Shown: positions 29,348-40,593, numbered from the stretch's first letter. The stretch: 64,000 nt of DNA from Candidatus Altimarinota bacterium (GCA_965231215.1 OZ246423.1:800001-864000), one strand, 5' to 3'. Notes: generated by a model from the letters alone, not told the origin. Made by a program: numbers and translations.

Positions 29348-32300
29348 ATGGAATACTTGTTTCGTCTTTCATTTAGGGCTTTGTTTCTTACCCTTTTAGC
29401 CCTAGGTTCGGTTTCTTTTGCACAAGATTCAGTAATACTGGATCCTTCAGAAATTGCTGAATTGAATTTAGACCAAGCGGTAGATATACGTACAACTTCT
29501 TTGAAAGCGCTAGATGTAGCTTTTTTTGGCCCGCTTGAAGCAGATGAGTTAAATGGGGTTATTTCTTCAGGGGCAGGAAATATTGCCGAAGCGGATCGAC
29601 TCGTTATTGATATTTGGGATAAGACTGGGGCCAATATTCATCGAGCAGAAATTTTAGCTGAAGGGAACTGGGAAGAGGCCTTTAAGAGTTATAACTATGG
29701 AATTAAATTTCAAGGAACGGGAGTAAGTCCAGGGAGCCGGGTTGAAGCGACTCTGTATAAAGGAGATAAATTGGTCGCTATTGGAGATAAAATCCTTCCA
29801 AAAGAGCTAGCACTTCCAGACTATACCGTTGAGGATCTAGAAATAGAGGTCTCTGGCGATTTAGGATTAGTAAGTTTCGTGTTTACCAATACTACTCTTT
29901 CAGGGGTTACGGCTATTCCTCAGTTGACCGTAAGGAATCTGAATCTTGAAGACCAAAAAGTGATACTTCAAAAATATATTTCAGCTCAAACGGTAGGCGC
30001 CAAAAGTGAAGTAGCAGTCTCTTATGATTTTAGGCTTCCAACAACACCTGGAGTTTATGAGTTAGAGATTTGGAATTTTAATGAAGAGAAAACACTGATT
30101 ACAGGAGCCCTTCGTGATACTTTTGTAATAGGCGGGGATTTTGGGATTATTTCAAATATTAGTCTGGAGCGATTAGAAGCAGCACAAAATGAAAATTTTG
30201 AATTCTCTGTAGCAGGGGCGGTTGAAAATATTGAAGGCAATTTTGAATTACATATTAATGGGCAACAAGTTTTTCCTGGGACTAACTCAGAAGCGCCTGT
30301 AACTATAGTGGCTCCGCTGCCAAAATTTCAGGATCGGTATTTTGAGTACAAAGCGCCCATATCGTTGAGAGAAGTTATCGGATCTAAATTTGTAGGAACT
30401 TTGGAATTGTATGGAGAGGGGAAACTTACGGCTTTTAAAACATTTGATTTTGCCGTGAGTGCCACGCCAGGAACAGAGCTTACCCCTCAGGATTGGATTG
30501 GAGAGTTGGTCATAGATGAATCTCAGGAGGTGGTGGATAAGCGCATGGCCTCGTTGGTTTTATTTGGAATTTTGGGATTATTGGGGTTAGTGCTGATTGT
30601 TTCAATTTTTCACTTTGTAAAAAAAAGACGCACTGACCGGTTTATGATTTTGCTTATAGCTTTTTCTATTTGGAGTTCTGGGGCACAGGCCTCAGTGTTA
30701 CAAAACTTTTGGTATCATCCGATTGAAAATTGGGCTTTTAATCCGGCGGCTCCTTCAAATTTTCAGGAATTTAGAACTATGCGTTTTCAGGGAAATATCT
30801 TCAACACCTTAACGCAAAAAGGATTTTTTCAGACCGATCCAAGTAGAGTTATTGTCAAATTTTATAGAGCCCCAGATCAAGAAATTTTTTTAGAGGCTTT
30901 TAACTTTCAGGTTGAGGACCGAAAGACCTATACCGTAGATGTCACCATTCCAACGATAGTGTCAGAGGGAGATTGGGGATTACAGATTTATTTTTTAAAA
31001 GATGGAACTTGGTACACTTCTCAGTGGTTGAATGAATCTACCAGTCAGCCAAATATAGTAAAAGTTGATTCTACGCCACCAACTATTTCTGGTATTCAAT
31101 ATGATGGGCAAACTTACGGGCCATCAGATAAATTGGTATGGCCAGGAGTAGTAACTCGTCAAGCGGCTAAGAAAAATCTGTTAACCCGAAAGAAAGAGCA
31201 TGTTTTGGACAGGTTTGCGACTGATTTTCAACGAAAAAACAAAATAGATGAGCGGGTGAGAAAAATCCATATTCGGAATCATTTTATCAAGATTCTGAAG
31301 GATGCAGAATTTGCTGAAGCTGTAGGCGCGCCACCACCACCGCCGCCGCCAGGTTCTCCGGCTAATGCTCCACCGTTAACGGTGGAAAATTTGGTTAATG
31401 GGATCAACACAAAAACAGCTGAAATTGATGCCCTCACAAATGAATTAGGAATACCGGTATCTGCCGGTTCTATTTTTTCTACTAGTCATTTACTAAGTGA
31501 TGGTGAAATTAGTGATGTAAATTTAATTCCCTCAGTTCCTGTAGGAGTCAATATTTCGTGTCCGCTTTCTAGTAGTAGTACGGCCAGTGATGTTAATCAA
31601 TCAGACCTGACTGACTGTGTAAATTATTTTGATACAGAAATTTCGGGTCTAAATACCCAAATTCAAGCTAAGCGTGATGATCTTCGTTCAGTGAAAACAA
31701 GGTTTAAAAAAGAGGGGATTCAGACGGCTTTTATCTGTGATGATACCGTGGCGGGATGTGACCCAATGTGTAATCCAGCTAGTAGCACCTGTGATATAGA
31801 CTGTACGCTTAATCCTGGAGGATGTCAGGCTTACCAAACGGCGAATCCAACAGGATACGTTAATAACTGCTCTGGAAGTCCTCAGACCTGTACCGTAGAT
31901 TGCTCACTTGATCCTGAAATCTGTAGAAAGAAAAGTTTTTTAAATACTATTCGAGGAAACTTTTGTGATGATCCGGCTCATTGTGATGACGGAGCTTCGC
32001 GAAATTATCAAGTGTGTGATAATGTAGGGAACTGTGTTACCCTTGCTGATGTGGGGCTTGAAATTGACTGGTATGATCCAGTAGAGCCAGGCATTTCTGT
32101 GACTCAGCTCATCCGTAATAAAGATAACGTTGGAGGCATTCAGGCCACAGTAGATGGACAGACTGCTGGTGATAGTTTAGCGGCTGATGATTTATTCCAC
32201 TTTCAGATATCAGCAGCAGACCCAGAAGGGGCTAATGCGACAACGCACCCAACACTTTTTGATGGGAATGTATGTGGAAGTGGGGGGACTGCGGCCTTCT

Positions 32301-35300
32301 TTAAAAGCCAATCGACTGATACTTTCTGTACTCAAAAAGAAGTGGCTTGTGCCCTTTCTTCAACTCTCCGAGGAAGAAAAAATCAACAATCAGGGGGCGC
32401 TTGTGCAGCCGGATGTCCTGATGGGTATCTACTAGACGGAAATGTTTGTGTTCCCGGATGTGATTATCGACTTTTTGATGGTTGTTTCCCCTTCTTTTTG
32501 ATTGGAGAATCCTGTGACACTTCTACCTGGGCACCCCCCGAATTTGCAGTACCACAAGGACAAGTATTTGTTCAAACCAGTAACTGTGGAGAAACTCGAA
32601 ACTGGGTTGGAACTAAACCAATAACCGGATCTATTAAGCACTTCCTAGAAGGAAAACACACTTTTGGAATCTTCTTCTATGATACCTTTAACGATAGTAG
32701 TATCTTTAGTAACTTTATGCTGAATACTGGATTTTCTTCTTCAACAGAAGGATTTACCGGAATCAAATCTACACCAGCCGCAACGTCACTTTTCACCCAT
32801 CAACCAGGGTATTCGCCGCAGGGAGGGAACTTGCTTAAAATTGAAAGTCAGACACTCTCTGGTGGTTACGCTGCCTGGAAAAAATCAAATATTCCGGTTA
32901 TTGCTAATCGGGATTATGTGCTCACTTATTGGCTTAAAACAAATGCCCTCAATAACCAAAATAGTGATGGTCTATGGCCTGTGATTACTGGTAATGGGTC
33001 TTCCCCGAATATTTATACGCAGTATGCTTCAAGTTTAGAGGGAACTCCATCAGATCTTCTTTGGTACAGAGTTGAAGTGCCCTTCACAGTGGATGCTAGT
33101 ACCACGAGTTTAGACTTAGAGTTTCGTTTTGACGGTCAAAACAATAAAGTGGCCTTCATCGATGATGTGCGAATCTTTGAAAGAAATTGGCGATATAACA
33201 CCTCTAAATCTTGGTATAGCGAAACCAAAGATGATGTTAGTGATAATATTTGTGATTATATGGTAGGGGATGGAGATGGAGATCCGCGAGCTGGAGCTGA
33301 TGACCGATGTGGTACTTCGAGCTTCCCAGAGAAAGCGGTTATTGCGTTCACTTCCGATGGGATGTATGTCTTTGACGCAGTGGCAGGAAGCCTTTGGATG
33401 AGTTCGCTTAGAGAGAATAATCCAAGTGTTTGGGGAAGGTTTGTATGGAATGCGCTTCAGACTGGAAGTACTTTTGCTCGAAACGGGAAAATATACTTAG
33501 CGCATCGTTTCAATCAGGGTTCATTTAGTTGTAGTAACTGTAACGGAGCTGTGGTTGTAGGGGATCTGATTGCCGATACTATGTATAGTCATCGGATGAG
33601 TAATTGTTTTAACCTTTCTGGGTATAAAGGAATAGGCAGTTCTTATTCTACTTACTATCCATCTGGCTGTGGACAGCATGCCTATAATTGGAATAATTTT
33701 ATAAAGGATACAATTGATCTGCGAAACTTCCCAGCGCGGGAGCCTTGGACTACCGTGATGCCTGCCAACTTACGAGTAGCGACACATCAAATAAATGATT
33801 CAAGTGTCGCCATTATTGGGGGGAAAACGTACGTGGCAATAGCTACAGACTTTGGGGTAACGCTTTTAAATAAAACAGATAATACCAATCAACACATAGA
33901 ATTTGGAGGTCATAATTCTTCTAACTATAACTGGGACTATCTGCCTTCTACGGCTAATAAATATCGAAGAGTCCATCTTTCTGATGATGGGAAACTTTAT
34001 TATCTGTGGGATTACTATAATGATAGCAAAGCTCGTATTTGGGGTTTGAACGATATTACAACACTGCCTTTTAACAGTAGTATTATTTCCGGATCGAGTG
34101 TTTATACCCATATTATTCAGCCAAATAATGCGAGTGTGAGTTACCCAACAACCGCCCTACCAGATACATCAGATGCTTTTGCGGTGGAAGACACCAGAAT
34201 TTTGGCTGGAGGGAGTGGAGGATTTGAACTCTTTGGAGGGCAATTTGCCACAGGGGCTGAACATCCAAATGTATATAAACAAAGGGTCAACAAAATATTT
34301 GCTGGAGCGCCACTCTATGGAGACGTGTTAGGGCACTGGGTAAACAGTGTACAGGATATTAGTGGTAAAGCTAATGACCTGTCTAACAATGGAGCTACCG
34401 TTTCGGTGGTAGCCCCAAATACAGATTTACAACAGTTTAACTTTGATGGGACTAATTGGATGTTTACCAATGACAGTGACTTTAATGTGAATGGTAAACT
34501 TACCTTTGGAGCTTGGGTTAAAACTACCGCCACCGAAGATACGGATGGGGGATATATTATGTCTAAAAAAGATCAAACCAATACAGACTTTGCTCTCTAC
34601 CGAGACGGGGATTATAAACTCAGATCTGAGGGGGCCGCAGACACACTTATTGATTACACCTTAGATGGTTGGGATTTTGTAGTCACCACCTTTGATGGAA
34701 CTAAAAAGCGGACTTATATTGATGGCCAGAAGGTAAGTGAAGTAGAGGATACAACCACGCTCTTTAATACAGTAGGAGAGCTGGTCATAGGAGCAGGAGA
34801 GGGACTGGGGAGTGGAGACGGAAGTTGTGCTACTAAACCTAGCGGTTTTGCTGGAGGGGATGGAAGTATAGGCAATCCATATCAGATCTGTAGTGTGGAT
34901 CAATTGCAGAATATGAGCAGTAGTCTTTCTTCTCACTATAAGCTTATCGCTGATATTGACGCAAGTGCTACTAGTGGGTGGAATGGAGGCAACGGATTTA
35001 CTACGATTTCAGGGGGCGCATTCACGGGAACTTTTGACGGAGACGGTTTTATTATTAGTGACTACTACTCAAAAGTTGGGGGATTGTTTTACTCTGTGAC
35101 TGGTGCAGGGGCTTCAGTAAAAAATGTAACGTTTCGAAACGCTCAGCTTGATATTTCGAGCAGTAATAAGGGGCTGGTGGCCAACCAAGGGGGTCAAAAT
35201 GCTGTTTTTGAAAATATTTTGATCGATGGTCTAGATATGAATTTTTCTGGCGGAGGGTCTAGTAACAAAAATCATGGAGGGTTATTGGGGAGCCTGTTTG

Positions 35301-37204
35301 AAAACGGAACGGTCAGGGATGTCAAAATTAAAGATATGACCATGAATTTCACCAGTGGGCAACCTTCCGATGTAGGAGGACTGATTGGTTATACTCGAGA
35401 TGTTGGCAGTGTAACTAATATTACAATAGAGAATTTTATAAAAAAGGGTGGTACTAGTTCAACATTTGGTGGATTGATTGGCTCTGCCAGTGTATATACA
35501 GCTTCATTGACAATGAATATTCAAAATATAATTGTTGATTTTAATTTTGATCAGGTTGGTAAAAATACAGCAGGAGTAATCGGTATTTGTGGTAGGGGAG
35601 TAAGCTTCAATAATATTACCGTTTCTGGAGTGATGAGTAATGTGGAAGACGGTAAAATTGGGGGAGTTTTAGGAAGTGGTTCAGCGGATTTCTCTAACAT
35701 TACGATCAATAGTCTTGATATCAGCAGCAAAAGTGATGCTGACTTAGATGAATTTTTAGGAGGAGTTGTTGGAAACTGGACAGGAAAAATAATGAATGGA
35801 ATTAAAATAAATAGTGTCAAAATTATTGGTAATAGCAGCCAATCCGTGTTTGACCTAGTCGGAGGAGTGTTTGGTTCGGCTGCTTCTGGGGCGAGTATTA
35901 CCAATGTAGTGGTGGATATGGTCGAAATTAAATCTCAACGGAATTCTTATTATAAAAAATATGGAAGACATATCGGAGGGGTCGGAGGATATATGGATTG
36001 TGATGCCTCTCTTTGTACAATTTCTAATATTGCGATTAATGGAGGTATCCTGGAAGGAGAAAGGTATATTGGGGGTGTAATTGGAGAAGCTAGGCAGGGG
36101 GTTAACGGATCTAATATTTACATAGATTCGATGGTGTTGAAGGGAAACCTGATAGAAAGTCATCAGCAATTACTTATAGGAGGGATTATAGGAAGGGTTT
36201 ACGATACGGTAGACCTGCGGAATATAGAAGTCTCAAACATAGATATTAACGTGCTTATTAGTTCGGCTGTTGATAGTTATGCTAGTGCTAGTCTTGGGGG
36301 AATTTTGGGAGGATCGCAACATGGAGGTTTTGATCTTAATGATTTCAAGGTGAGCGGATCGCTGAGCGTAAACCGTCCTGGAGGCTGGTGGGGCCCTAGT
36401 GACCAACCGGATAGTATCGGAGGAGTTGTCGGATTTGGAGGGGGGGGGATTACTAACGGAGATATTTCTGGGGTAACGGCTTCGGGGATGTATGTTGGGG
36501 GAGTGTTTAGTAGTTTCTCCGGAATAGTGACCGATATTAATAGTGCCGGTGTAAGTGTAACCGCTACAGGTAGTTGTGAATCTAGATTTGGTAATATCGG
36601 ATGTCGTGGAACAGGGACGATTACCAACACGGCAGATCCGACAGCGGGAATCAGTGGAGTAGATACTTCATCCTGGGCAAGTGCTGGGTCTTCAGCTGTA
36701 GGAGCTCCGACCAATGTAGGTTCCGGCAGTCGATCTGGTTCCAGTTCTGAACCTTCCAATAGTACCGGAGATAAAGTTTTGGAAGGGGCTATAGCTATGC
36801 CATTTGTAGTCAACACGGCCTACACTGATAAACAAATAAAGAACCTCTATAATATCACTCGAGATTGGTTTAATACCGAAACCAAAATCACCCTTCAGGG
36901 AAGCTCAGACGAAGTCGTAGACGTAGCCTTCGGAGATTTTGGAGCTTACTTTGTGGCTACCGGCAGCGGAGTGACACAGTTTGATCTTTCTGGAAGAGTT
37001 CTGAGAACCTTTAGTACCGACCTTCCAAGTACGGACAACGTGCATATTGTTTCCAATAATATTAGCGAGATTGATTATAAAAATGGATGGCTTATTATCG
37101 GATACAATGACAACGGAATCGAAATCGTAAACATTGCTCCAGAAGTAACCGAAATCTTATCTAAATATGATGAATCGTATTATGATCCATATTTCTTTTA
37201 TTAA
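29348..37204 (+). CDS. giant surface/adhesin-like protein (Cys-rich, CBM-like, LamG, GLUG-like repeats)
   Basis: 2618-aa ORF with signal peptide, internal TM pair, Cys-rich repeats, CBM-like segment (VAFIDDVRIFE), LamG motifs, and GGDGSIGNPYQI plus (V/I)GG(L/V)(I/V)G repeats. Confidence 0.85.
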   Translation: MEYLFRLSFRALFLTLLALGSVSFAQDSVILDPSEIAELNLDQAVDIRTTSLKALDVAFFGPLEADELNGVISSGAGNIAEADRLVIDIWDKTGANIHRAEILAEGNWEEAFKSYNYGIKFQGTGVSPGSRVEATLYKGDKLVAIGDKILPKELALPDYTVEDLEIEVSGDLGLVSFVFTNTTLSGVTAIPQLTVRNLNLEDQKVILQKYISAQTVGAKSEVAVSYDFRLPTTPGVYELEIWNFNEEKTLITGALRDTFVIGGDFGIISNISLERLEAAQNENFEFSVAGAVENIEGNFELHINGQQVFPGTNSEAPVTIVAPLPKFQDRYFEYKAPISLREVIGSKFVGTLELYGEGKLTAFKTFDFAVSATPGTELTPQDWIGELVIDESQEVVDKRMASLVLFGILGLLGLVLIVSIFHFVKKRRTDRFMILLIAFSIWSSGAQASVLQNFWYHPIENWAFNPAAPSNFQEFRTMRFQGNIFNTLTQKGFFQTDPSRVIVKFYRAPDQEIFLEAFNFQVEDRKTYTVDVTIPTIVSEGDWGLQIYFLKDGTWYTSQWLNESTSQPNIVKVDSTPPTISGIQYDGQTYGPSDKLVWPGVVTRQAAKKNLLTRKKEHVLDRFATDFQRKNKIDERVRKIHIRNHFIKILKDAEFAEAVGAPPPPPPPGSPANAPPLTVENLVNGINTKTAEIDALTNELGIPVSAGSIFSTSHLLSDGEISDVNLIPSVPVGVNISCPLSSSSTASDVNQSDLTDCVNYFDTEISGLNTQIQAKRDDLRSVKTRFKKEGIQTAFICDDTVAGCDPMCNPASSTCDIDCTLNPGGCQAYQTANPTGYVNNCSGSPQTCTVDCSLDPEICRKKSFLNTIRGNFCDDPAHCDDGASRNYQVCDNVGNCVTLADVGLEIDWYDPVEPGISVTQLIRNKDNVGGIQATVDGQTAGDSLAADDLFHFQISAADPEGANATTHPTLFDGNVCGSGGTAAFFKSQSTDTFCTQKEVACALSSTLRGRKNQQSGGACAAGCPDGYLLDGNVCVPGCDYRLFDGCFPFFLIGESCDTSTWAPPEFAVPQGQVFVQTSNCGETRNWVGTKPITGSIKHFLEGKHTFGIFFYDTFNDSSIFSNFMLNTGFSSSTEGFTGIKSTPAATSLFTHQPGYSPQGGNLLKIESQTLSGGYAAWKKSNIPVIANRDYVLTYWLKTNALNNQNSDGLWPVITGNGSSPNIYTQYASSLEGTPSDLLWYRVEVPFTVDASTTSLDLEFRFDGQNNKVAFIDDVRIFERNWRYNTSKSWYSETKDDVSDNICDYMVGDGDGDPRAGADDRCGTSSFPEKAVIAFTSDGMYVFDAVAGSLWMSSLRENNPSVWGRFVWNALQTGSTFARNGKIYLAHRFNQGSFSCSNCNGAVVVGDLIADTMYSHRMSNCFNLSGYKGIGSSYSTYYPSGCGQHAYNWNNFIKDTIDLRNFPAREPWTTVMPANLRVATHQINDSSVAIIGGKTYVAIATDFGVTLLNKTDNTNQHIEFGGHNSSNYNWDYLPSTANKYRRVHLSDDGKLYYLWDYYNDSKARIWGLNDITTLPFNSSIISGSSVYTHIIQPNNASVSYPTTALPDTSDAFAVEDTRILAGGSGGFELFGGQFATGAEHPNVYKQRVNKIFAGAPLYGDVLGHWVNSVQDISGKANDLSNNGATVSVVAPNTDLQQFNFDGTNWMFTNDSDFNVNGKLTFGAWVKTTATEDTDGGYIMSKKDQTNTDFALYRDGDYKLRSEGAADTLIDYTLDGWDFVVTTFDGTKKRTYIDGQKVSEVEDTTTLFNTVGELVIGAGEGLGSGDGSCATKPSGFAGGDGSIGNPYQICSVDQLQNMSSSLSSHYKLIADIDASATSGWNGGNGFTTISGGAFTGTFDGDGFIISDYYSKVGGLFYSVTGAGASVKNVTFRNAQLDISSSNKGLVANQGGQNAVFENILIDGLDMNFSGGGSSNKNHGGLLGSLFENGTVRDVKIKDMTMNFTSGQPSDVGGLIGYTRDVGSVTNITIENFIKKGGTSSTFGGLIGSASVYTASLTMNIQNIIVDFNFDQVGKNTAGVIGICGRGVSFNNITVSGVMSNVEDGKIGGVLGSGSADFSNITINSLDISSKSDADLDEFLGGVVGNWTGKIMNGIKINSVKIIGNSSQSVFDLVGGVFGSAASGASITNVVVDMVEIKSQRNSYYKKYGRHIGGVGGYMDCDASLCTISNIAINGGILEGERYIGGVIGEARQGVNGSNIYIDSMVLKGNLIESHQQLLIGGIIGRVYDTVDLRNIEVSNIDINVLISSAVDSYASASLGGILGGSQHGGFDLNDFKVSGSLSVNRPGGWWGPSDQPDSIGGVVGFGGGGITNGDISGVTASGMYVGGVFSSFSGIVTDINSAGVSVTATGSCESRFGNIGCRGTGTITNTADPTAGISGVDTSSWASAGSSAVGAPTNVGSGSRSGSSSEPSNSTGDKVLEGAIAMPFVVNTAYTDKQIKNLYNITRDWFNTETKITLQGSSDEVVDVAFGDFGAYFVATGSGVTQFDLSGRVLRTFSTDLPSTDNVHIVSNNISEIDYKNGWLIIGYNDNGIEIVNIAPEVTEILSKYDESYYDPYFFY

Positions 37205-37343
37205 AGCTTGGTCAATGCTGAAATACTCTACGAATTTTATGAGGCGTTTGATTTCCTTAGAAAAGAAAGGGGGACCTAAGGTTAAACAAGCTTTGGGAAT
37301 TGGGGGATTGATTAGAGATAAAGCAAACAATAGATTCCCTATA

Positions 37344-38261
37344 ATGAAATTTGGTCTGGGAATGTATGTTTTTCTCCCTTTTCTCGCGTACGCTTCAATC
37401 ACTATTAACACGGCTACAGTAGAGCCCGGAGACCTGATCAGGGCGGAAGACTGGAACAGAATGCAGCTAGACTTGAAAAGCCTAGCCAATGCAATAGATA
37501 TCTTAGGCGCCCAAAACTGGGTGCCAAACGGGAATGACCTCTATTACAATGGTGGAAAAATAGGAATTGGAGTTACTAGTCCAGAAGCCAGTTTGCATAT
37601 TTATGAGGGAACACCGCAGGCTAATCAAGTGATTTTTAAAGTCGCTACCTCTAGCGATGCAGAACGTTTTAGTTTAGATGAAGATGGAGATGTTTCTCTG
37701 GACGGAGACTTGCTGGTTCGAGGAAGTGATATTTATGATAGTGCTGGAAATTTGGAACTCAGTGCCGAAGATAATATGTACCTAGGGATTGATTGGAATG
37801 ACGATGACAATGCGGATACTGGTTACATTGCCTTTGGTAAAAATAGTGCGGGAGACAGTGCCACCTGGGTTGATTTGATGCGCATTACAGAAAGTGGACT
37901 AGTAGGCATTGGAACCACCAGCATAAGTGCAGGGCTTACACTAGATATAGCTGGGGCTATAGGAGCCACAAGTTTCTGTGATCCAGATGGCAACAACTGC
38001 CACGGGGCCGAAACCTTAGGAGTTTCTAATTGCCAGGTACAGAATAGTGCTTTTACTATACTGGGGAATGATTATGGTCAGGGCACTTACAACTGTCCAT
38101 TAGATTTCCCAAACTTAGTCACAGGGGGATGTGATAGAGGGGGGAACGATCTTATCTTTGATCAAAGCGTTCCCACCGCTACTAATGGATGGACGTGTCG
38201 TTTTTATAATAACGAAGCCTCAGATAGAACGGCTTTTGCCTACGGAAAATGCTGTAAGTAA
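37344..38261 (+). CDS. secreted fibre-like protein with (V/I)GIG(T/V)T repeats
   Basis: Start reassigned to the signal peptide MKFGLGMYVFLPFLAYA; GKIGIGVTSP and GLVGIGTTS motifs; Cys-rich C-terminus. Confidence 0.75.
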   Translation: MKFGLGMYVFLPFLAYASITINTATVEPGDLIRAEDWNRMQLDLKSLANAIDILGAQNWVPNGNDLYYNGGKIGIGVTSPEASLHIYEGTPQANQVIFKVATSSDAERFSLDEDGDVSLDGDLLVRGSDIYDSAGNLELSAEDNMYLGIDWNDDDNADTGYIAFGKNSAGDSATWVDLMRITESGLVGIGTTSISAGLTLDIAGAIGATSFCDPDGNNCHGAETLGVSNCQVQNSAFTILGNDYGQGTYNCPLDFPNLVTGGCDRGGNDLIFDQSVPTATNGWTCRFYNNEASDRTAFAYGKCCK

Positions 38262-38406
38262 ACCCTGAATTAGGGTTTAATAAATTTTGTAAAAAGAACA
38301 GAAATGAGTCAGAAAGAGGCGGTATGGTTTTGGATCAAGCTATAAGACCGACATTTTTGTTTTTTAAAACCACTCATTTCCTATAGTATTACACCTGAAA
38401 ACAAAA

Positions 38407-40593
38407 ATGAGACCACTCAAACATCTTGGCTTGGCTTTAGGACTTCTTTTTCCAGTCATTGTTTCAGCTTCTGGAATAGACTGGGAAAATTCCATCATGA
38501 TGGTGGAATTTAGTCCAGAGAGTAATTATGTTCCTTCTTTTTCTTGTTTTGGATATACCGATAGGAATACAGCGACCTCTCACTTTAGTGCCTGTAATGG
38601 TTATGCTGGGCCAGAAAGTCATTGCGTCTGGGAAGATTTAGCAACCCTGGGATACGATGATGAAAATAATGATCCAGAGATAGATGATTGTTTTCAACAG
38701 GCCGGAAACTATAAAACTTCAATTTATTTAATTGATTATGCTTTAAATACTCAAGGGCCTGATGTTAGTGAATTTTTGATCAAAGCTGGGCCACCAGACT
38801 CGGACATAAGTGAACTAGAGGTAGATACTACTTGTACCGACCTTTCAGTTGCGGCTAATGGGATAAATACCTGCAATATAACACTGAAAGTTAAAGATGA
38901 GTTTGGAAATCCAGTGACTCAACTTAAAAACCAAACCGGTACTGTTTATTCAGATTCTTCGTTTGCGAGTGATGCGAATTCTGGAGATTATGATTTTCGA
39001 GGAGGAACCAAAATCAATGGTATTACAATTCCTGATTCTACGGGCACTCCTATTGGATTCAGCATCAATAATAATGACGAAGTGACCGCCACTTTAGCGT
39101 TAAGTGCTTGGGCTCCGTCTATTCGAAAAGTAGGAGACTATCTCGGGAAAAACGAAACCTTTAACTATGCTTTCACCTTTGAGGTGCCAGGAGTAGATGA
39201 AGATGGAGATCTCGATTTGACCAACCCTGTAACATTACAGTACAACCAATTTACACCTTCAATTGGGTTTGCGCCTTGGGCCAAAACTATCTTGGAGAAT
39301 ATGGTGACACCACCAGCCTTTATTTTGGATACTCAAATCCCCTTTAAATTAGTGAGAAACGTGGTAGCGCCTACGAGTGGGGGCCCTAATAATTTAGTAT
39401 CAATATTTTTAAAAACAGTAAACCTGCCATCTGGACTATACTTTGAAGGCGTAAGTTTTGATCCCACCTCTATAGATACAACTCAACAAGAAACGATTAT
39501 ATATCCAACCTTAAAAGTTGCTTCAGCAGGATCTGTAATTAGTGGGTCGGTATCTTTTGCTAGTGATATTGCTTATGATATTATCGATAATGGCGTTAAA
39601 ACCATTCGATATCCTTCCGGAGCCGTAGGTGTTGGCTTTGGACAAGATTGTGTTGATGCCGATGATTGTGACGATACCGCCATTGAATTAGGATCGGTAG
39701 GGGCGTCTATTGAAGGGAAATTGGTAGGAGAAAAAGACAAAGGGATTTTGCAGGATTTCAATACCGTGAGATTAGGGAATATTGATTCAGTCGAAGATAT
39801 ACGTGAAGAAGTGTTTGCTAATGCTTTCATTATCACTCGTAGTGCGGCTCCAATATTACAAAGTGGAGAACAAGCGCTCTCATTCAATAGCAGTTGGTTC
39901 ACGAATAATGATGTAGCGTATGTAGAGAATGCCGATGTTAAAATTGGAAGCTCTGGGAGTACGACCAATCTTCCAGCGGGGAAGAAAACACTCGTTATTC
40001 GTAATGGGAATCTGATTATAGAAGGAGATATTGCTTATAGTGATAATCTAGATTCTTTTGGGTTTATACTGGTTAATGACTTAATTGCTCAATACCCAGA
40101 TACGGGAAATATATTCGTTAAAAATAACGTAAAACGAATGGTAGGAACCATATTTGCAGAAGGTACTTTGGCCACTATCCCTAGTACCACTATCGTTGTA
40201 AATGATGGAGATGTAACCCCTGATGATATTTCTAATGGACAAAACGCGAGCAATGATACTCAGCTTCTGTTTGAGGGAACATTGCTGACGCATAATACTC
40301 TTGGGGGCGCTTATTTGATCCAATTTGATACCAACTACTTTACTCCTTGGGGCGATACTACGGGAACCACTCCCACCGATAGAGCTCTGGCTGAAAAATA
40401 CGATTTACACTTTATGCGATACTACCAACCAGTTTATTCTGGGGGGGTTCAGTTAAACGTCTCAGACTGTGTATCAGGAAGCGATCCTTATGGGTGTGAT
40501 AGAAACCCCAATGCCTTTGTGATTCGGTATGATGGAAAAGCTGTTAAATTGGCCCCTCCAGGGTTTGAAGGCGCTTCATTCTTCGGGCGATAA
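38407..40593 (+). CDS. secreted protein with Ig-like and beta-rich C-terminal domains
   Basis: Signal peptide; ANGINTCNITLKVKDEFGNPV (Big_1-like); LVIRNGNLIIEGDI...GNIFVKNNV. Confidence 0.75.
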   Translation: MRPLKHLGLALGLLFPVIVSASGIDWENSIMMVEFSPESNYVPSFSCFGYTDRNTATSHFSACNGYAGPESHCVWEDLATLGYDDENNDPEIDDCFQQAGNYKTSIYLIDYALNTQGPDVSEFLIKAGPPDSDISELEVDTTCTDLSVAANGINTCNITLKVKDEFGNPVTQLKNQTGTVYSDSSFASDANSGDYDFRGGTKINGITIPDSTGTPIGFSINNNDEVTATLALSAWAPSIRKVGDYLGKNETFNYAFTFEVPGVDEDGDLDLTNPVTLQYNQFTPSIGFAPWAKTILENMVTPPAFILDTQIPFKLVRNVVAPTSGGPNNLVSIFLKTVNLPSGLYFEGVSFDPTSIDTTQQETIIYPTLKVASAGSVISGSVSFASDIAYDIIDNGVKTIRYPSGAVGVGFGQDCVDADDCDDTAIELGSVGASIEGKLVGEKDKGILQDFNTVRLGNIDSVEDIREEVFANAFIITRSAAPILQSGEQALSFNSSWFTNNDVAYVENADVKIGSSGSTTNLPAGKKTLVIRNGNLIIEGDIAYSDNLDSFGFILVNDLIAQYPDTGNIFVKNNVKRMVGTIFAEGTLATIPSTTIVVNDGDVTPDDISNGQNASNDTQLLFEGTLLTHNTLGGAYLIQFDTNYFTPWGDTTGTTPTDRALAEKYDLHFMRYYQPVYSGGVQLNVSDCVSGSDPYGCDRNPNAFVIRYDGKAVKLAPPGFEGASFFGR

